The notes under the pieces are model-generated. The model was given only the letters and a program-made list of their open reading frames with translations, was not told the origin of the DNA and searched no databases. Position numbers and translations under genes: made by a program. Source: Faecousia sp. (GTDB lineage: Bacteria > Bacillota > Clostridia > Oscillospirales > Oscillospiraceae). Taken from it: a DNA stretch of 64,000 nt. The stretch lies in assembly GCA_045541695.1 (NCBI GenBank), contig JAZQJO010000036.1, positions 6,269 to 70,268 on the forward strand, written 5' to 3'. Positions 27,650-37,494 of the stretch are shown piece by piece. Numbering within the stretch: the first letter of the stretch is position 1; the number at the start of each line of letters is the position of its first letter.

Positions 27650-28161
27650 AGCGCACCCTCCTTCTTCCCACGGGGCAGCAGCCGCAGAACGCCTGCGCAA
27701 ACGCTGCCGGTCAAAAGTCCCGTGACGATGCCCGCCAGTAAAAGCCATGGCAAATATGCGCCGATATATATAGAACGCAGCAGGCCCATAGCGGCAAGGA
27801 TCTGACCAATGTTATGGGCCGCAGCGCCCAGCACGCTGACACCATAAACGGAAAGCTTCCCGCTTTTCCCGGCCAGCACCATGGCGCCCAGCGCCAAAAC
27901 GCCGCCGCACAGAGAAAAAAGCAGGCCAGTAATGCCGCCGCCGAAAACTGCGCCGAAAACGCAGCGGCATAGTGTGATCGCCAGCGCATATCTTGTTTTA
28001 AGGAGCGAAAGCGCCACCAGCGTTACGATATTGGCAAGGCCCAGCTTGATGCCCGGCAGCGGGATCACCAGCTGCACAGGCAGAAACCGCTCCAAAAAGC
28101 TAAGGGCAAGAGCCAACGCGGTAAGCATGGCGCACAGGGCAATTTCTTTTGCTTTTCCCAT
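27646..28161 (-). CDS. Gx transporter / heptaprenyl diphosphate synthase component I family membrane protein
   Basis: PGIKLGLAN and HNIGQ motifs; typical neighbour of NusG domain II genes. Confidence 0.88.
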   Translation of the reverse strand: MGKAKEIALCAMLTALALALSFLERFLPVQLVIPLPGIKLGLANIVTLVALSLLKTRYALAITLCRCVFGAVFGGGITGLLFSLCGGVLALGAMVLAGKSGKLSVYGVSVLGAAAHNIGQILAAMGLLRSIYIGAYLPWLLLAGIVTGLLTGSVCAGVLRLLPRGKKEGAL

Positions 28162-28166
28162 ACGCC

Positions 28167-28535
28167 TTACCCCACCACAAAGTCCACGTCATCGCTGCCG
28201 GAAACCACACGGATCTCCAGACCGTTTGGCAGACAGACGATGCTTCGGCCCGTGCCATCGATCCAGCCGCAGCGGACACAGTCGCCTCCCGGACAATCCG
28301 ATGCGGTCACGGCGATCTTGCCGTCACGGACAGAAACGGTGGCGCTGTACTGGCCGGTGATGGGAATATCCTGATCCCGGATTAAAGAAACCGTCTGGAT
28401 CAGTTTGCCGTCCTGGTAGATCTCCGCCACCGCAGCCCGATCAGCCTTGGGAAGAAACAGTGCCGCCACCAGCGCAGCCAAAACTGCCACGGCAACCACC
28501 GCGGCAATATCCCATTTTTGAAAACGCAGGGTCAT
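28167..28535 (-). CDS. NusG domain II-containing protein
   Basis: N-terminal TM segment and SDCPGGDCVRCGWI...IVCLPN. Confidence 0.88.
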   Translation of the reverse strand: MTLRFQKWDIAAVVAVAVLAALVAALFLPKADRAAVAEIYQDGKLIQTVSLIRDQDIPITGQYSATVSVRDGKIAVTASDCPGGDCVRCGWIDGTGRSIVCLPNGLEIRVVSGSDDVDFVVG

Positions 28536-28761
28536 GGCCACGCTTCCTTTCCCCAATTTATCTATGGTGATTATAATCTTTTCCGGGCGGCTTGTAAAGA
28601 GGGCATTGATCTCCTTGATTTTGGCAATTTCCATCATTTTTTATCGATATAAACATATTTTCTTGTCTGTTTTTGTGCAAATCGCTTAAAAAATGTAGAC
28701 AGGACGATTTTCTTGCGTTATGATATAGCTTGAAAAAGCATTTCCAAAGAGGTGAGTCTAT

Positions 28762-30078
28762 ATGAAATTTTCCTTTTTCGGCGGCGTGCACCCCAAAGAT
28801 AACAAGCACGCCACCAGGGATCTGCCTCTGCAGGCATTTCCGGCGCCGGATACTGTGGTCATCCCCATGTCCCAGCACATCGGCGTGCCCTGTGAGCCGC
28901 TGGTGAAGAAAAACGACCTGGTGAAAAAAGGACAGAAGATCGGTGATAACCAGGGTCTGTGCGTTCCCGTCCATTCCAGTGTTTCCGGTAAGGTCAAGGC
29001 GGTGGAGGCAAGAGCCCATTCCAGCGGCGTGACCGTAATGAGCGTGGTGATCGAAAACGACCATCAGGATACCCTCTGTGAGGACATCCAGCCCCGCACC
29101 CGGGAGCAGGTAGACGCCCTGACGCCCGAAGAGCTGATCGGGATCATCCGGGAAGCCGGCATTGTGGGCATGGGCGGCGCAGCCTTCCCCACCCACGTCA
29201 AGCTCTCCGGCGGTATCGGCAAGGTGGATACCATTATTGTAAATGCCGGCGAGTGCGAGCCTTACATCACCGCCGACGACCGGCTCTGCCGGGACAACCC
29301 CAGAGAGCTGATCTCCGGCATTCAGATCATCATGAAGATCCTGGGTCTGCAGGAAGCCCACATCGGCATCGAGAACAACAAGCCGGAGGCCATCCGTGCC
29401 CTGAAGGCCAATGTGGCCGATACCGGCGTTGTGGTGGACGTGCTGCCTGCCAAGTACCCTCAGGGCGCTGAAAAGCAGCTGATCAATTCCATCACCGGAC
29501 GGGAAGTCCCCAGCGGCGGTCTGCCGGCACAGGTGGGCTGCGCCGTGTTCAACGCCGCCACCTGCAAGGCCATTCATGACGCTGTTTACGAAGGCATGCC
29601 CTTGATCCAGCGCATTGTCACCGTTTCCGGTGACATCGTCATGGAGCCCAAGAACCTGCTTGTGCCCATCGGCACCAATTTCAATGACCTGATCGATGCT
29701 TGCGGCACTTCCGAAAATCCCTACAAGGTCTTAAACGGCGGCCCCATGATGGGTATCGCCCAGTTTGACCTGTCCGTCACCACCATCAAGGCCTGCAACG
29801 CCATTACCGTTCTGGGCAACGGCAGCCGTTTCAGCGTCGTCGATCCCCATTGCATCCGCTGCGGCAAATGCATTGACGTTTGCCCCATGAAGCTGATGCC
29901 GGTGCTGATGTACAAGGCCCTTTACACAAACGAAGTCGAGCAAATGCAGGCCACCAACCTGATGGACTGCATCGAGTGCGGCTGCTGCGCCTACAACTGT
30001 CCCGCCGCTGTGCCGCTGGTTCTGGCCTTCCGCTCCGGCAAGCAGAAGATCCGTGACGCCGCAGCGCCCAAAAAGTAA
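28762..30078 (+). CDS. rnfC: Rnf complex subunit C
   Basis: GGVHP, QHIG, GIVGMGGAAFPT, ECEPY and two CxxCxxCxxxCP motifs. Confidence 0.96.
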   Translation: MKFSFFGGVHPKDNKHATRDLPLQAFPAPDTVVIPMSQHIGVPCEPLVKKNDLVKKGQKIGDNQGLCVPVHSSVSGKVKAVEARAHSSGVTVMSVVIENDHQDTLCEDIQPRTREQVDALTPEELIGIIREAGIVGMGGAAFPTHVKLSGGIGKVDTIIVNAGECEPYITADDRLCRDNPRELISGIQIIMKILGLQEAHIGIENNKPEAIRALKANVADTGVVVDVLPAKYPQGAEKQLINSITGREVPSGGLPAQVGCAVFNAATCKAIHDAVYEGMPLIQRIVTVSGDIVMEPKNLLVPIGTNFNDLIDACGTSENPYKVLNGGPMMGIAQFDLSVTTIKACNAITVLGNGSRFSVVDPHCIRCGKCIDVCPMKLMPVLMYKALYTNEVEQMQATNLMDCIECGCCAYNCPAAVPLVLAFRSGKQKIRDAAAPKK

Positions 30079-30090
30079 GGAGGCGGTCAA

Positions 30091-31089
30091 ATGTCACAAA
30101 TGAAATACTATTACGAGCTGACCATCTCCAGCTCTCCCCACGCCCATACGGCAACCACCACCCGCACCATCATGCGGGACGTGCTGATCGCCCTGGTGCC
30201 GGCCCTTATCGGCTCTGTGTGCTTTTTCGGCCCCCGGGCGCTGGCGGTAACCTTGGTTTCTGTGCTGGCCTGTTTCCTGTTTGAAAAGCTTTGGTGTAAG
30301 CTGCTAAAGCAAAACGACAAGACCTTTGATCTGTCCGCCTGTGTTACCGGCGTGCTGCTGGCCTTTGTCTGTCCGCCCACCATCGCTTACTGGCAGATCA
30401 TTCTCGGCGACTTTTTCGCCATTATCGTTGTAAAAATGCTGTTCGGCGGCGTAGGCAAGAACCTGTTCAATCCCGCCCTTGCCGCCCGGGCATTTATGTT
30501 CAGCTGGCCCGTTGCCATGTCCACATGGGTCAAGGTGGGCTGGGAGAACCAGGCAGGCGTTTTCGATTCTGTAGACATCGTCACCTCTGCCACGCCCCTG
30601 GCTGCCATGCACCGTGGTCAAATGCCTGCAGACTCTATTTTGGATATGTTCCTGGGCAATGTGGGCGGCTGCATCGGCGAGACTTCCGCTTTGCTGCTTC
30701 TTATTGGCTTTGCTTATCTGCTGATCCGCAAGGTCATCACACCCCGCATTCCCCTGGCCTACATCGGCACGGTGGCAGTTCTGGCGTTCCTGTTCCCCAT
30801 GGGCAACGACCGGCTTTCCTGGATGGCCGCTCAGCTGTTTGGCGGCGGTCTGATGCTGGGTGCCATCTTCATGGCAACAGACTACGTCACCTCCCCCATC
30901 ACCAAGCTGGGACAGATCGTCTACGGCATCGGCTGCGGTCTGCTGACCATTGCCATCCGTTACTTTGGCGGCTATAACGAGGGCGTTTCCTATGCTATTT
31001 TGATCATGAACGCCTGTGTGGTGCTGCTGGACCGCATTGGCCGTCCCACCAAATTCGGCGCACCCCGAAAGGAGGCGGCGAAGAAATGA
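30091..31089 (+). CDS. rnfD: Rnf complex subunit D
   Basis: SSSPH, FGGVGKNLFNPA, TSATPL, GGCIGETS and MATDYVTSP motifs. Confidence 0.96.
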   Translation: MSQMKYYYELTISSSPHAHTATTTRTIMRDVLIALVPALIGSVCFFGPRALAVTLVSVLACFLFEKLWCKLLKQNDKTFDLSACVTGVLLAFVCPPTIAYWQIILGDFFAIIVVKMLFGGVGKNLFNPALAARAFMFSWPVAMSTWVKVGWENQAGVFDSVDIVTSATPLAAMHRGQMPADSILDMFLGNVGGCIGETSALLLLIGFAYLLIRKVITPRIPLAYIGTVAVLAFLFPMGNDRLSWMAAQLFGGGLMLGAIFMATDYVTSPITKLGQIVYGIGCGLLTIAIRYFGGYNEGVSYAILIMNACVVLLDRIGRPTKFGAPRKEAAKK

Positions 31090-31640
31090 AAACCGAATCT
31101 ACCGTAAAATTTGTGCTACGGCTGACCGTGACGCTGCTGCTGATTGCCACCTTCGTGGCTGCCGCTCTGGCGCTGGTCAACCAAGTGACCAAGCCTATTA
31201 TTGAAAAAGCCAAGGCCGAAAAGACCCAGGAGGCCATTTCCCTGGTGCTGCCCGGCGGCTATGAGGAAGAGCTCACCGACTTTACCGACGGGACCGGCCT
31301 TGTTTCCAAGGTCTATAAAGGCGCCAACGGCTACGCCGTAGAGGTTGCCCCTCCCGGCTTTGACGGACCCATCACCATGATGGTAGGCGTAAGCAACGAC
31401 GGCAAGGTGCTGGGCATCAGCGTGATCTCCCACACGGAATCCGCAGGCTTGGGCGCTGTTGCCGCTGCAGGCAATTCCGCCGGCAATGCCTTCCGTGACC
31501 AGTTCGTGGGCCAGTCCGGCCAAGTGCAGGTCAGCAAGGACGGCGGCGCCATCGATGCCATCACCAATGCAACCATCACCTCCCGGGCTGTCTGCGACGG
31601 CGTAAATGCTGCGCTGGCCTGCGTGGCAGACCTAAGTTAA
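31086..31640 (+). CDS. rnfG: Rnf complex subunit G
   Basis: N-terminal TM segment, ESAGLG and DAITNATITS FMN-binding region; operon position. Confidence 0.92.
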   Translation: MKTESTVKFVLRLTVTLLLIATFVAAALALVNQVTKPIIEKAKAEKTQEAISLVLPGGYEEELTDFTDGTGLVSKVYKGANGYAVEVAPPGFDGPITMMVGVSNDGKVLGISVISHTESAGLGAVAAAGNSAGNAFRDQFVGQSGQVQVSKDGGAIDAITNATITSRAVCDGVNAALACVADLS

Positions 31641-31652
31641 AGGAGGCCTGTT

Positions 31653-32297
31653 ATGAATCTGAAGAAAAATCTCAAAGAGGGCCTGCTGACCAAGAACCCG
31701 GTACTGGTACAGATGCTGGGTATGTGCTCTGCGCTGGCCATCTCCACCAGCCTGTTTAACGGTCTGGGCATGGGCATTGCGGTGACCATTATCACCATCT
31801 GCTCCAACATGATGATCTCTGCCCTGCGCAAGGTCATTCCCTCTCAGGTGCGAATCGCCGCCTATATTACCATTATCGCCGGCTTCGTCACCATCGTGCA
31901 GCTGCTTTTGGACGCCTTCATTCCTGCGCTGTCCGAAAGTCTGGGCGTTTTCATCCCGCTGATCGTTGTTAACTGTATCGTTTTGGGCCGGGCAGAAGGC
32001 TTTGCCTCCAAAAACGGCGTCCTTGCTTCGGCGCTGGACGGTCTGTTCCAGGGCATCGGCTACACGGCGGCGCTGGTACTCATTTGCATCGTTCGTGAAC
32101 TGCTGGGCGCAGGCACCTTCGGCGGCGGCCTGTTAAACGGCGGCGAAGGCATTCGCATCATCCCCGAGGGCTACCCCGCCATGCTGGTGATCATGCCCGT
32201 AGGCGGCTTTTTGGTGATGGGCTTCGTTCTGGCCGGCTCCCAATGGCTGACAAAGCGGATGGAAAAGAACAGTAAGAAGAAGGAGGCAGCGAAATAA
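31653..32297 (+). CDS. rnfE: Rnf complex subunit E
   Basis: NPVLVQMLGMC and PLIVVNCIVLGRAE motifs. Confidence 0.95.
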   Translation: MNLKKNLKEGLLTKNPVLVQMLGMCSALAISTSLFNGLGMGIAVTIITICSNMMISALRKVIPSQVRIAAYITIIAGFVTIVQLLLDAFIPALSESLGVFIPLIVVNCIVLGRAEGFASKNGVLASALDGLFQGIGYTAALVLICIVRELLGAGTFGGGLLNGGEGIRIIPEGYPAMLVIMPVGGFLVMGFVLAGSQWLTKRMEKNSKKKEAAK

Positions 32298-32872
32298 TGC
32301 AGATCGTTACGATAATTATTGCGGCGCTCCTGAGTGAAAACTACGTTCTGGTGAAGTTTTTGGGCATCTGCCCCTTCCTGGGCGTTTCCAAGCGGATCAA
32401 TGCCGCGCTGGGCATGGGCATGGCAGTCACCTTTGTTATGACCCTGGCCTCTTTCCTTTGCTATTTTGTGTATCAGCTGCTGATCATGCTGGGTCTGTCC
32501 TATATGCAGACCGTGGCCTTCATTCTGGTCATTGCTTCCATCGTGCAGCTGGTGGAAATGTTCCTGAAAAAGAAGATCCGTCCCCTGTATAACGCACTGG
32601 GCGTGTATCTGCCCCTGATCACCACAAACTGCGCAGTTTTGGGCGTGGTGCTGGTGAATGCGCAGAAAAATTACAACCTGCTGCTGAGCGTTGTCAACGG
32701 CGCTGCCAGCGGCTTGGGTTTTGCGCTGGCCATCGTGCTGTTTGCTTCCCTGCGGGAGCGGGTGGACAAGGCAGAGCCTCCCGCCTGCTTCAAGGGCACA
32801 CCCATTTCTCTGATCGCTGCCGGCCTGCTGGCCCTTGCGTTTATGGGCTTTAGCGGCATGCGGATCGGTTAA
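32297..32872 (+). CDS. rnfA: Rnf complex subunit A
   Basis: FLGICPFLGVS and LPLITTNCAVLG motifs. Confidence 0.95.
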   Translation: MQIVTIIIAALLSENYVLVKFLGICPFLGVSKRINAALGMGMAVTFVMTLASFLCYFVYQLLIMLGLSYMQTVAFILVIASIVQLVEMFLKKKIRPLYNALGVYLPLITTNCAVLGVVLVNAQKNYNLLLSVVNGAASGLGFALAIVLFASLRERVDKAEPPACFKGTPISLIAAGLLALAFMGFSGMRIG

Positions 32873-32883
32873 GGAGGTAGTGT

Positions 32884-33762
32884 ATGGAAATTTTGATCGC
32901 CATTGCGCTGCTGGGCGGCCTGAGTCTGATTTTCGGCCTGGTCCTTGCGGCAGCCTCCAAGGTCTTTTATGTGGAGACCGATCCCCGTCTGGAAAAGCTG
33001 AACGATTGCCTGCCCTGCGCCAACTGCGGCGGCTGCGGCTATGCCGGCTGCAGCAGCTACGCTGAAGCGGTGCTGAGCGGCGAAGCCACCATCGACAAAT
33101 GCGCCTCCGGCGGCAACGAATCCGCACAGGCCATGGCCGCTATTATGGGCATCCAGGCGGTGGAAGTCACCCGGAAAGTTGCGCTGGTGCGCTGCTCCGG
33201 CGAAAAGATCTACAACAAGGACGGCAACCTGGTCTACGGCGCTAAGTCCAAGGCAAATTACGAAGGCTTCCAGGATTGTATGGCAGCCTCCAAGGTGGGC
33301 GGCCGTGGCCCGCTGGCCTGTAAGTTCGGCTGTTTGGGTTACGGCAACTGTGTCAAGGCCTGTAAATACGGCGCCATCTCCATCCAAAACGGCGTTGCCG
33401 TGGTGGACGAGGATCTGTGCGTTGGCTGTATGGCCTGCGCAGCCGCTTGTCCCCGTGATCTGATCGTTCCCGTAGAGCCGGGCAGAAACGTGGTCATCGC
33501 CTGCAACTCCATGGCCAAGGGCGCTGTCACCACCCGTGGCTGCACCATCGGCTGCGTAGGCTGCGGTCTGTGCAGCAAGATCTGCCCCAACGGCGCCATC
33601 ACCGTCACCAACAATCTGGCAACCATCGACTACAGCAAGTGTGACAACTGCGGCCTGTGCGCCACAGTCTGTCCCAAGAAGCTGATCAAGGACTCCAACG
33701 TGGAGAACCTGCCCGATCCCGGTCTGGTCCACTCCCGGAACAACCCGGACGCTGTGGTATAA
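32884..33762 (+). CDS. rnfB: Rnf complex subunit B (polyferredoxin)
   Basis: LPCANCGGCGYAGC plus several ferredoxin-type Cys motifs. Confidence 0.95.
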   Translation: MEILIAIALLGGLSLIFGLVLAAASKVFYVETDPRLEKLNDCLPCANCGGCGYAGCSSYAEAVLSGEATIDKCASGGNESAQAMAAIMGIQAVEVTRKVALVRCSGEKIYNKDGNLVYGAKSKANYEGFQDCMAASKVGGRGPLACKFGCLGYGNCVKACKYGAISIQNGVAVVDEDLCVGCMACAAACPRDLIVPVEPGRNVVIACNSMAKGAVTTRGCTIGCVGCGLCSKICPNGAITVTNNLATIDYSKCDNCGLCATVCPKKLIKDSNVENLPDPGLVHSRNNPDAVV

Positions 33763-33774
33763 GCTTGTACAACA

Positions 33775-33807
33775 AAAAGGACAGAGAGCGATGCTCTCTG
33801 TCCTTTT
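33775..33807. terminator. Bidirectional terminator after rnfB
   Basis: AAAAGGACAGAGAGC-GAT-GCTCTCTGTCCTTTT. Confidence 0.85.
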
Positions 33808-33811
33808 ATTT

Positions 33812-34585
33812 TTAGACAACTGCTTTTTTCTTGCGTCCGACCAGGTGATGCGCCAAATAGAACACACCGATGTAGATCAAAAACAGGGCAACCACGCTCA
33901 TTGGATAGAAAATTTTGCTGCCCCCCACCAGATTATACAAAATATCATACGGCGTGCCGTCGCCGGCCATGAGGAACATGTAGTTATAGTCCACGATCAC
34001 GTTGGCAACATACGCCGCCACGCAGAAACCCACAAGAATGGCAAAGGTAAGGCCTACATTCTCCTTTTTCAGGCCGGCCATACCGGAGATCATGATGTAC
34101 AGAGACGCAAAGCCGGAAATGGTATGGGTAATGCCGGAAACCACATTGTCAAACCCCAGCACCGGGTAGGCATTGTAGTTCTGGCCGGCGCCAATGGTGC
34201 CGCAAACAGCGCCCAAAATGCCGAAGATACAGACAAAATCCGTAGCTGCTTCCTTGATTCTGCCTTTGGAAAACGCCGCCAGAGGCAGAGCAATCAGCTG
34301 AATACTGCACAAAAACAAAGGAAGATTGTGCAAAATGGGATCGGTGCTGCCCTGTCGCAGGCAAAGAATAACGATCTTGAAGATCTCAAAGGCATCAATA
34401 AGGATCGCCGCCCAGATGAGGACCGCATTTTTCTCTTTTACGGCCTTGTCCTTATTCGCCTTTCCCAGCACAACAGCCAAAACCACCATTACCGCCAGCA
34501 AAAGTCCCACAAACAGCAAATGCTGCCAAGACAAGAAGCCTTCCGGCTCCCGTGTGTATCCGCTAAAGCCAAAAAACTCTTTCAT
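33812..34585 (-). CDS. YwaF/TMEM164-like integral membrane protein
   Basis: Multi-TM protein with LPLFLCS and NYMFL motifs. Confidence 0.75.
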   Translation of the reverse strand: MKEFFGFSGYTREPEGFLSWQHLLFVGLLLAVMVVLAVVLGKANKDKAVKEKNAVLIWAAILIDAFEIFKIVILCLRQGSTDPILHNLPLFLCSIQLIALPLAAFSKGRIKEAATDFVCIFGILGAVCGTIGAGQNYNAYPVLGFDNVVSGITHTISGFASLYIMISGMAGLKKENVGLTFAILVGFCVAAYVANVIVDYNYMFLMAGDGTPYDILYNLVGGSKIFYPMSVVALFLIYIGVFYLAHHLVGRKKKAVV

Positions 34586-34853
34586 GCTTACCTCGCTTTT
34601 TGTCGTTTTTTGTATTATAACAGGCAAAAGCGGTGGTGTACACGCCCTCGGCAAAAACTGAAAGAATTCTTAAGAATTGGCGCAAAAGAAAGCACCCTGC
34701 CAGTGAATCGACTTCACCAATGAAAGCCGATTGTGAAACGGGTGCTTTCCTTGTACGGACGACAACGCATTGATTTGCATTTTACCTGCAACCGCGGGTA
34801 TTTTGTCTGTTGTCCGGTTTTGTTGATTCTGTTGCTGCGCCGGTGGCTTTTTA

Positions 34854-36491
34854 TTATGCTGCCAGCAATGTGCGCAGCTGAAGCTGATCCGCAAACAGAT
34901 CCCGCACCGCCTCCACCCTGCCGGGAGCAAAGGGGCTTTCCAACCCGGCGGATTCCGCAAAGGCCAGAAAAGATACCTCTTCCGTGGTGAAATTCTCTTC
35001 CAGAAGGGCAAGTCCCGCGCCCTTTTCGGAAAGCTCTTTGGCGTAGATCTGCATGGCCGCATCGTTGCTGACCACATAGCTGATAATGTACAGCGGATTG
35101 GTAAAGAAATGGGGCACCGTTACAAAATCCCGTTTGTCCCATCCGGGAAGATCGAAGCCGCAGGCTGCGCCCACCCGGGCATACAGGGCAAACACATTCT
35201 CTGTGGTCAGCGCCTCCCCCTCCAGGGCATAGACCTGCTGCTCAAAGCTGGCGTAGGCCGACTGCTCCACATAAACACGCAGGCTGTCTGCCAGCTTCAT
35301 GGTGGTCAGGGTTTTTCCCTGCTCCACATACAGCAGGCTCATATACTCCATGCTCTGGGAAAAGACCTCTGTCACGTCAACGCCCACAATGCTGCCGCCG
35401 GAAGCATAGTCGTTGCAGAAATGGCCGAATTCGTGGGCAAAGGTCAGCTGATCATAAGCTGTAAGGGTAGGATTCATAAAAATGTAGGGCTCATAGTAAG
35501 CGGACAAATACATTTCAAAGGAAGCATTATACTTATTTTTCCCCGGAGCGATGTCGTAAAGCCCGCCCGCTGCCATAACATCGAAGGCTTCCTTCACTGT
35601 TCCGCCGGCGTTTTCCGCCAGCTCCTTAACGTAATCATAGGTCTGCTGCTGGCTGCAGGCGGTATTTTCCGCATCCCACAGCGACTCCGGCATCCGGCCG
35701 TACAACGGCACAAGCTGAAGCTGGATCTGCTTCAAATAATCCTCTGTTTGAGCTGGGGTATAATCCCGGTAATAATAGCATTCATAGGCAAAGGAAGCAA
35801 AATCCTCGTAGCCTGCCGCCTTGGCCATCTGCTGGCGCACCTTCACCAGCTCCACATAGATCTGGCACAGGGGCTGGGCATACTTGTCGAAAAACGCCGG
35901 TGTATAGTTCATTTCGCCGGCGGCCTGGCTGCTCAGGTCGTAATACTGCTCCAGAAGCGCCGCCTCCTGCTGGGCCAGGGCAGTAAATTCTTCATTCCAC
36001 ACGCTTTCGCCCTGGTAACCGTCGAAATAGCCTGCGCCAAAATAATCCTCCGACTCCAGCTGCGCCTTCAGCGGGCAGGCCGCAAGGGTGTAAAGCAGCT
36101 GGTCCATGCCGGCATCCACCTCGGAAATGATGCTCAGGCAGTAGCTGTACTCGCCGCTCCAATAGATATCCGTCATATCCTTGCAGTAGTGGATGTTTGC
36201 CAGCATATAGTTCGTGTAGATCTCATGGTAAAGGGTGAAAAACTGCCACACCTCTATCATCAGCCCTTCCACATCCGTAGTGGTTTGGCTCATGGTGCAG
36301 CATTTTTCCAGCCGGACACGGAAAGCGGTCAGATCCGGGCGGGTGTACTCCATGTCGGAAAAGGGCACCACAATGCCGGTATTCAGCCGGTCGGCTACGC
36401 CCTGCAACCAATTTCCAAATCCGGCGCAGCCGCTGAGAAGCAGCGCCGCCACCAGAATTGCGGCCGTTATTTTCAGGATATTTCTTTTCAT
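34854..36491 (-). CDS. M3-family (oligoendopeptidase F-like) metallopeptidase, predicted lipoprotein
   Basis: FSDMEYTRPD, HEFGH, EVFSQSME and HFF..PLY..SY motifs; N-terminal lipobox LLSGC. Confidence 0.8.
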   Translation of the reverse strand: MKRNILKITAAILVAALLLSGCAGFGNWLQGVADRLNTGIVVPFSDMEYTRPDLTAFRVRLEKCCTMSQTTTDVEGLMIEVWQFFTLYHEIYTNYMLANIHYCKDMTDIYWSGEYSYCLSIISEVDAGMDQLLYTLAACPLKAQLESEDYFGAGYFDGYQGESVWNEEFTALAQQEAALLEQYYDLSSQAAGEMNYTPAFFDKYAQPLCQIYVELVKVRQQMAKAAGYEDFASFAYECYYYRDYTPAQTEDYLKQIQLQLVPLYGRMPESLWDAENTACSQQQTYDYVKELAENAGGTVKEAFDVMAAGGLYDIAPGKNKYNASFEMYLSAYYEPYIFMNPTLTAYDQLTFAHEFGHFCNDYASGGSIVGVDVTEVFSQSMEYMSLLYVEQGKTLTTMKLADSLRVYVEQSAYASFEQQVYALEGEALTTENVFALYARVGAACGFDLPGWDKRDFVTVPHFFTNPLYIISYVVSNDAAMQIYAKELSEKGAGLALLEENFTTEEVSFLAFAESAGLESPFAPGRVEAVRDLFADQLQLRTLLAA

Positions 36492-36587
36492 CGCTTTGCT
36501 CCTTTCCGGCTGCGTTCTGTCTTCAAGATACCACATCTGCGCCCCGGTTGCAAGCAAAAAGGCTGTCCCGCAGGACAGCCTTTGATT

Positions 36588-37478
36588 TTATTCTGCAGAT
36601 ACGACCTCTGCGCCCTTGAATACCACATGCAGGGGAAGCACTTCCCAGTTTGCCGTGGTGATGGCAGGCAGCCGCTTTTCCAGCTTTTCCTTCAGACCGG
36701 CATCCCGGGTGATGCACAGAAGGGTCGGGCCTGCGCCGCTGAGGCAGAAGGCTGCGCCGGTGGTGCGGACATAGCTTTCGATCGCTTCATAGTCCTGTAT
36801 CATTTTCTTGCGATAAGGCTGGTGGATCCGGTCCTGCATGGCCTTATGCAGCAGCTTTTCGTCACCCAGCTCCAGCGCCTTCAGCACCAGTGCGCCATGG
36901 GCGATGTTATAGACCGCATCGGCACGGTCATAATCCGTGGGCAGCGCACCACGGGCAACATGGGTAGACAGCTCGAAATCCGGCACCAGGGCGAAGATCT
37001 CCCAGGCAGGATGCAGAGGGAAATTCACCGTCACCGGCAGACCGTTATCCACCATAGAGGCGGTCAGTCCGCCGTAAAGAGCAGGGGCCAGGTTATCCGG
37101 GTGGCCTTCCATGGCGTTGGTAATGTTCAGCAGGCCCTGGGTGGACAGCCGGTTGCCACGGAGCACATTGGCACCGATGGCGCCTGCCACCAGCAAAGCG
37201 GCAGAAGAGCCGAGACCCCGGCAGATGGGGATCTGGGAATCGATATGGATCTTGACGCCACGGACTTCCTCGCTGAGGGATGCCAAAACGGCGCAGTAAG
37301 CGGTATAGGCAATATTGTCCGGGCCGGCATACTGCTCATCGCAGCCGGTGATCTCCAGACCGCTTTCCGTTTCTTCGAAGGTCACCTCGGTATAAAGGCT
37401 CAATGCGCAGCCAAAGGCGTCGAAGCCGGGGCCCAGGTTTGCAGTGGTGGCCGGTACTCGAATGGTCACTTTGTTCAT
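36588..37478 (-). CDS. thrB: Homoserine kinase
   Basis: VPATTANLGPGFD, PICRGLGSSAA, EGHPDN and SGAGPT motifs. Confidence 0.97.
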   Translation of the reverse strand: MNKVTIRVPATTANLGPGFDAFGCALSLYTEVTFEETESGLEITGCDEQYAGPDNIAYTAYCAVLASLSEEVRGVKIHIDSQIPICRGLGSSAALLVAGAIGANVLRGNRLSTQGLLNITNAMEGHPDNLAPALYGGLTASMVDNGLPVTVNFPLHPAWEIFALVPDFELSTHVARGALPTDYDRADAVYNIAHGALVLKALELGDEKLLHKAMQDRIHQPYRKKMIQDYEAIESYVRTTGAAFCLSGAGPTLLCITRDAGLKEKLEKRLPAITTANWEVLPLHVVFKGAEVVSAE

Positions 37479-37494
37479 AATCATTCCTCTTTCT

